From contig NC_083284.1 of NCBI RefSeq assembly GCF_963506605.1, positions 62,806,001 through 62,870,000 on the forward strand: DNA of 64,000 nucleotides, written 5' to 3'. The translations under genes and the position numbers were made by a program. Below are positions 60,438-64,000 of the stretch, one piece after another (the first letter of the stretch is position 1; each line of letters begins with the position of its first letter). The notes beneath the pieces were generated by a model, which had not been told where the DNA came from, ran no database searches, and worked only from the letters and a program-made list of their open reading frames with translations. This DNA comes from Zootoca vivipara (Eukaryota).

Positions 60438-62185
60438 CCATGCAGAAACCTCAAAATTGGTCAATCTCTGCTGTCAAGAGGGAGCTCATCATCACCCAAC
60501 AAGCTGGTGATCAGATCACATAAATATAGGCCTTTACTTTGCCAAAGCTCTTGCACTGTAATCAATAAAGCTGTGGCCTTCCCCCCTCAACCTGTCATTT
60601 TTACTGACTGCTTCCTGCACCCCAGAGCTACACTGCACATGGGCCTACAGTGCACATACAAGGTGGACTTGGGTTTCGATAAATGGCCTCCACAGATTTA
60701 GTAACTTGGCATCTTTGAATCAATAGCCTTGACCTACATGTGAATTGAGTCACCCTGCTTATAGACTTTTTGCAGATGCCTGATTCACCATCTACCCAAA
60801 GCACTGGTCATGGTGTAGGCTATAGTCCATTACTCCTGAAGAGGACATACAGTAATTGAGGGCTGGGAACATCACCCATTTAAAATCCTGGAGAGCCACA
60901 GCTGGTCAGTATGGCCAATACTGAGTTAGATGGACCAGTGCTCTGACTGAGTAAAGGGTAGCTTCCTATCTTCCTAACTACTCTAAGCAGTTTTTCTCTC
61001 TATGACTACAGCTACCCTTAAATATTCAGCTTTTGTAACCTCTCCCCTCTTTTATGCCATCTCTGTAATTTTAATACTGCTAAAAAGCCTTTCCAAGCCT
61101 TTTACAAACATCAAGCTTTAAACCAGAGTATACTGTGCTATGTATAACATTACTTTGCATGCTTCACTCTGAGCAGCACAATTGGAGTTTATTGCTGTGA
61201 CATTCCTGAGACATTATTTTTACCCATACTCCAAGCGCACACCCTAAATACAGTACAGCACAAGCAAACTCCAAAGAGAAAAGTTGCTAACCAACCAGTA
61301 CATTTTGGATTATTCTCCACTAGGAAATATTATAGCCTACCCCTCATTCTACTTGCACAGACGACGCTGGTTACAATATTTGATTATTTTTGGAGTGAAG
61401 AAGGGGTTATCATCACACAATTTAAAAAGGAAACTGCCTCCCAAATTACATGCTTATTCCTAGTTTGCTTATGCTTCCATCATCACTAACGCAGGTGAAC
61501 TTGTATCACTGGGATTTCAACATTACAGCAAAATCCCAGACTGAAATTGTATCCTAAACTCTGCAGTGCTAAATGGCAGAGTGACCCTCTATCACTTGAT
61601 CTCTGAACAGAAGAGAAAACCACACAAGTGCAGTGCTGAGTTATGAGCAAAGTTGGCGCCTGTAGTTCTACAATTTGTTATTGGCACAAGTTAGAGCCTA
61701 CAAAGTACGGTAAATTCAAAGCTGCCTTTGAATCTCAACAAGATGATGCACTGAGAGATAAATCTATGCCTCTGTCTCTTAGAAAATGGAAATGAATGCA
61801 CACAAAACATTTCCTTTTAATCTTGATATACGCATGATATCCACATAAAAAAAATAAAAAGCAAAACTCACCTTTACTTCCAAATATGCCATTTTCACCT
61901 AGCATATTACAGTACATTAATTAGTATTTTAGTGCTGGTACTGTTGTAAGCTTTGGGAGCTAGATGAAAAGCAGGGTAGGGTGTTTATGGAAAAAGTGGC
62001 AAAAGGTGCGTTCATCAGGAAACGTATTAAACATGTTTTTAACCAAATATTTGTGGGATTCCAACCAGACATCATTGCTCATACCAATAGATTAACGGTG
62101 ATCGAGTTGAGACAGGATAAAAACAAGCAAACATGCAAACTAAACACCAACATTGTAATGCATTGTTGTAGACCTAAAACTGTTT

Positions 62186-62192
62186 ACACACA

Positions 62193-62257
<65 letters not shown>
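62186..62257. repeat. Compound (CA)n(GA)n microsatellite
   Basis: Seen directly. Confidence 0.95.
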
Positions 62258-62259
<2 letters not shown>

Positions 62260-62666
62260 GTCCTAGTTTTCACAATCCTTCTACTGTGATTTATTGATGC
62301 AACGATTATTGAAGGCAAGTTGTCAGTGCCAGTCATTAAAACGTTCCCATTTGGCCACTGCAGCTTCCTTCTAACCGTGCAAAGCTGGCTGCGGTTGTGA
62401 GACCACAAAGCCAAAGCATAGCTGAGTAAGATCTATATTCCTCAGTCCCAACTGAAGTGAGGCCCAAGGCATGCTTACTGGAGGGCATAGGATCCAACAC
62501 CTAGTAGACAAGGTTCCTTTGCCCCCCAAAAGATTTGAGCTCCCCCCCAAAAAAAACTTAATGGGCATTGCCATTCAAATGGTGTTTGTATGTGTGCTGC
62601 ATCACGTGATTGATTAAGTGGGGCAGGGCTTACCTGTCTCCTCTAATATTTACTCAAGTTGGCACC

Positions 62667-62804
62667 CACAGGTGTAGCCAAGGGGGCGCCGTGGGGGGCA
62701 GCTGCCCCCTCCAAATCAATACAAATCAATACAAACCTGAGGTTCTTCTGCGCCCTACCAACAAAAGCCTGCTGCCTCCAACAAAAATCCTGGCTACGCC
62801 TATG
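62667..62804. mobile_element. hAT MITE
   Basis: TIR CA(C/T)AGG(T/C)GTAGCCA; TSD TTGGCACC/TTGGCACT. Confidence 0.8.
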
Positions 62805-62929
62805 TTGGCACTCCTGCTGGAGGGTGAGGCGAACCCCACCAAACGCAGCTGGGGGGTGTTATTTCCATTGCATAACAGCGTCCATTGATTTCTATGCCAC
62901 CTTGCGCCATCGCAGTTCCCTGTGAAAAT

Positions 62930-63960
62930 CCAGACTGCAAGCTCCTCCGGGCAGAGACCCGTCCCTCGGCAAAGCCGCCCTCTTGCCCACATACAGTCAT
63001 AGTGGAAGCAGCAGCAGCAGCACGTGGTTGCTCCGTGTCGGCGCATCGTGTCGCCACGGGGTGTGGGGTGGCTGGGTGCGTTAGGTGGGTGTTGCACCCT
63101 CCTCCCCACCCCCGCCCCAGAAGCAGCGTCAATCAACCTGCAAAGAGAGAAAAAGTATGTAGGGGCGTGGGGGGTGGCGGGGCGGTGAGAGAAGATCACT
63201 TACCGATCAGCAGCAGCAGCAGCGCAGGATGTGTGCCGGAAGTGCGCCGTCTGCGGCTTGCGAAGAGATGTCAACGAGGAAGATGAAGATCGAGAGAGGA
63301 AGGCGGAACTTGGGAGCCGAGTCTCGAGACTCTCCCGCCTCTTCCCTGAGGGGATATAGCAATGTCCCGCGCTCGAGGAGGCGGCGGCGGAGTTGACCGG
63401 GGCGCGAGCGGCTCCTGTTGCTTCGTTCGCTACGTGACCGGCGCCGCTCGCTCGCTCGCCTGCCTACCCCGCCCCCGGGGCTGTCAAAGGCGGGCGGGTT
63501 GTGAGGCGGCGGCAGCAGCAGCGTCCCCTCGAGGGAGAAACGGAGGAGCGGCTCCCTCACAGTGCCCTCTCTGGGCTGCCCCGCCGCGCCCTCCTCCTCT
63601 CCCCGGGGAAGGGAAGAACCACAACAAGCCGGCACATGCACCGGCGGCAATGGCTCCTCCTCCAGCCGCGTCTCGAGGGAGAGGAGGAGGAGGAAGGACC
63701 GGGCCGAGCCGCGGAGGGGGTGGGGGGCCTCGGTGGGGCCATGAAGGAGTTGCGCGCTGTAAAAATAGAAGTTTCCACAGGCCGGGTCGAGTCGCCTGAC
63801 GCGGGAGGCAGCCGCGAACGAAGCCTGGGGACCGTGGGGGGGGGGGGGGGGGGGGGACGGTGTGTGGATGTTGAGGCGAAGCGGGTTGGCGCGCTTTTCC
63901 TCTCAGAATAATCGCCTCAGAGAAAAGCACACACAGTGAGAGTGCCGCGGTCATGTGCGA
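62930..63960. promoter_or_regulatory. TBC1D1: CpG-island promoter of TBC1D1
   Basis: Abrupt GC/CpG-rich block with GC boxes and an ETS-type CCGGAAGT at 63236-63243, upstream (minus strand) of the first coding exon. Confidence 0.85.
63204..63480 (-). other. TBC1D1: TBC1D1 non-coding exon 1 (5' boundary approximate)
   Basis: Consensus donor CG|GTAAGT at 63204/63203 inside the CpG island; TSS cannot be placed from sequence. Confidence 0.65.
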
Positions 63961-64000
63961 GAAACCATAGCTGCCAAGTTATCCCTTTTTTAAGGGAAAT

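Noticed and set aside
63557-63778. ORF starting ETSIFTARN, reminiscent of the human TBC1D1 N-terminus
   Set aside because: The start codon is GTG, the similarity is only a few residues, and the real start exon is at 55288
62726-63954. Multiple overlapping ORFs in the CpG island
   Set aside because: Expected from stop-codon depletion in GC-rich promoter DNA

Overview
Vertebrate genomic DNA from a squamate reptile, probably a lacertid lizard (Sauria SINEs, BovB, lizard-type L1 and MITE families). The whole window is the 5' half of TBC1D1 (Rab-GAP with PTB domains, AS160 paralogue) on the minus strand. It runs from a CpG-island promoter and non-coding exon 1 (~63.2 kb) through 12 coding exons down to the window start; the last two are homologous to the mammalian muscle-type alternative exons. 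Splice phases join into one continuous frame. The introns hold a full-length L1 with two intact ORFs and a TSD, a young BovB fragment with an open RT frame, a solo LTR nested in a hAT element, several SINEs and many hAT and Tc1/mariner MITEs with clear TSDs. I see no convincing new multi-gene system. The best leads are candidate alternative in-frame first exons in intron 2, a solitary L1 5'-end fragment, an apparently shifted splice acceptor of a muscle-type exon, and nested transposons. Exon numbers follow my recollection of the human gene.
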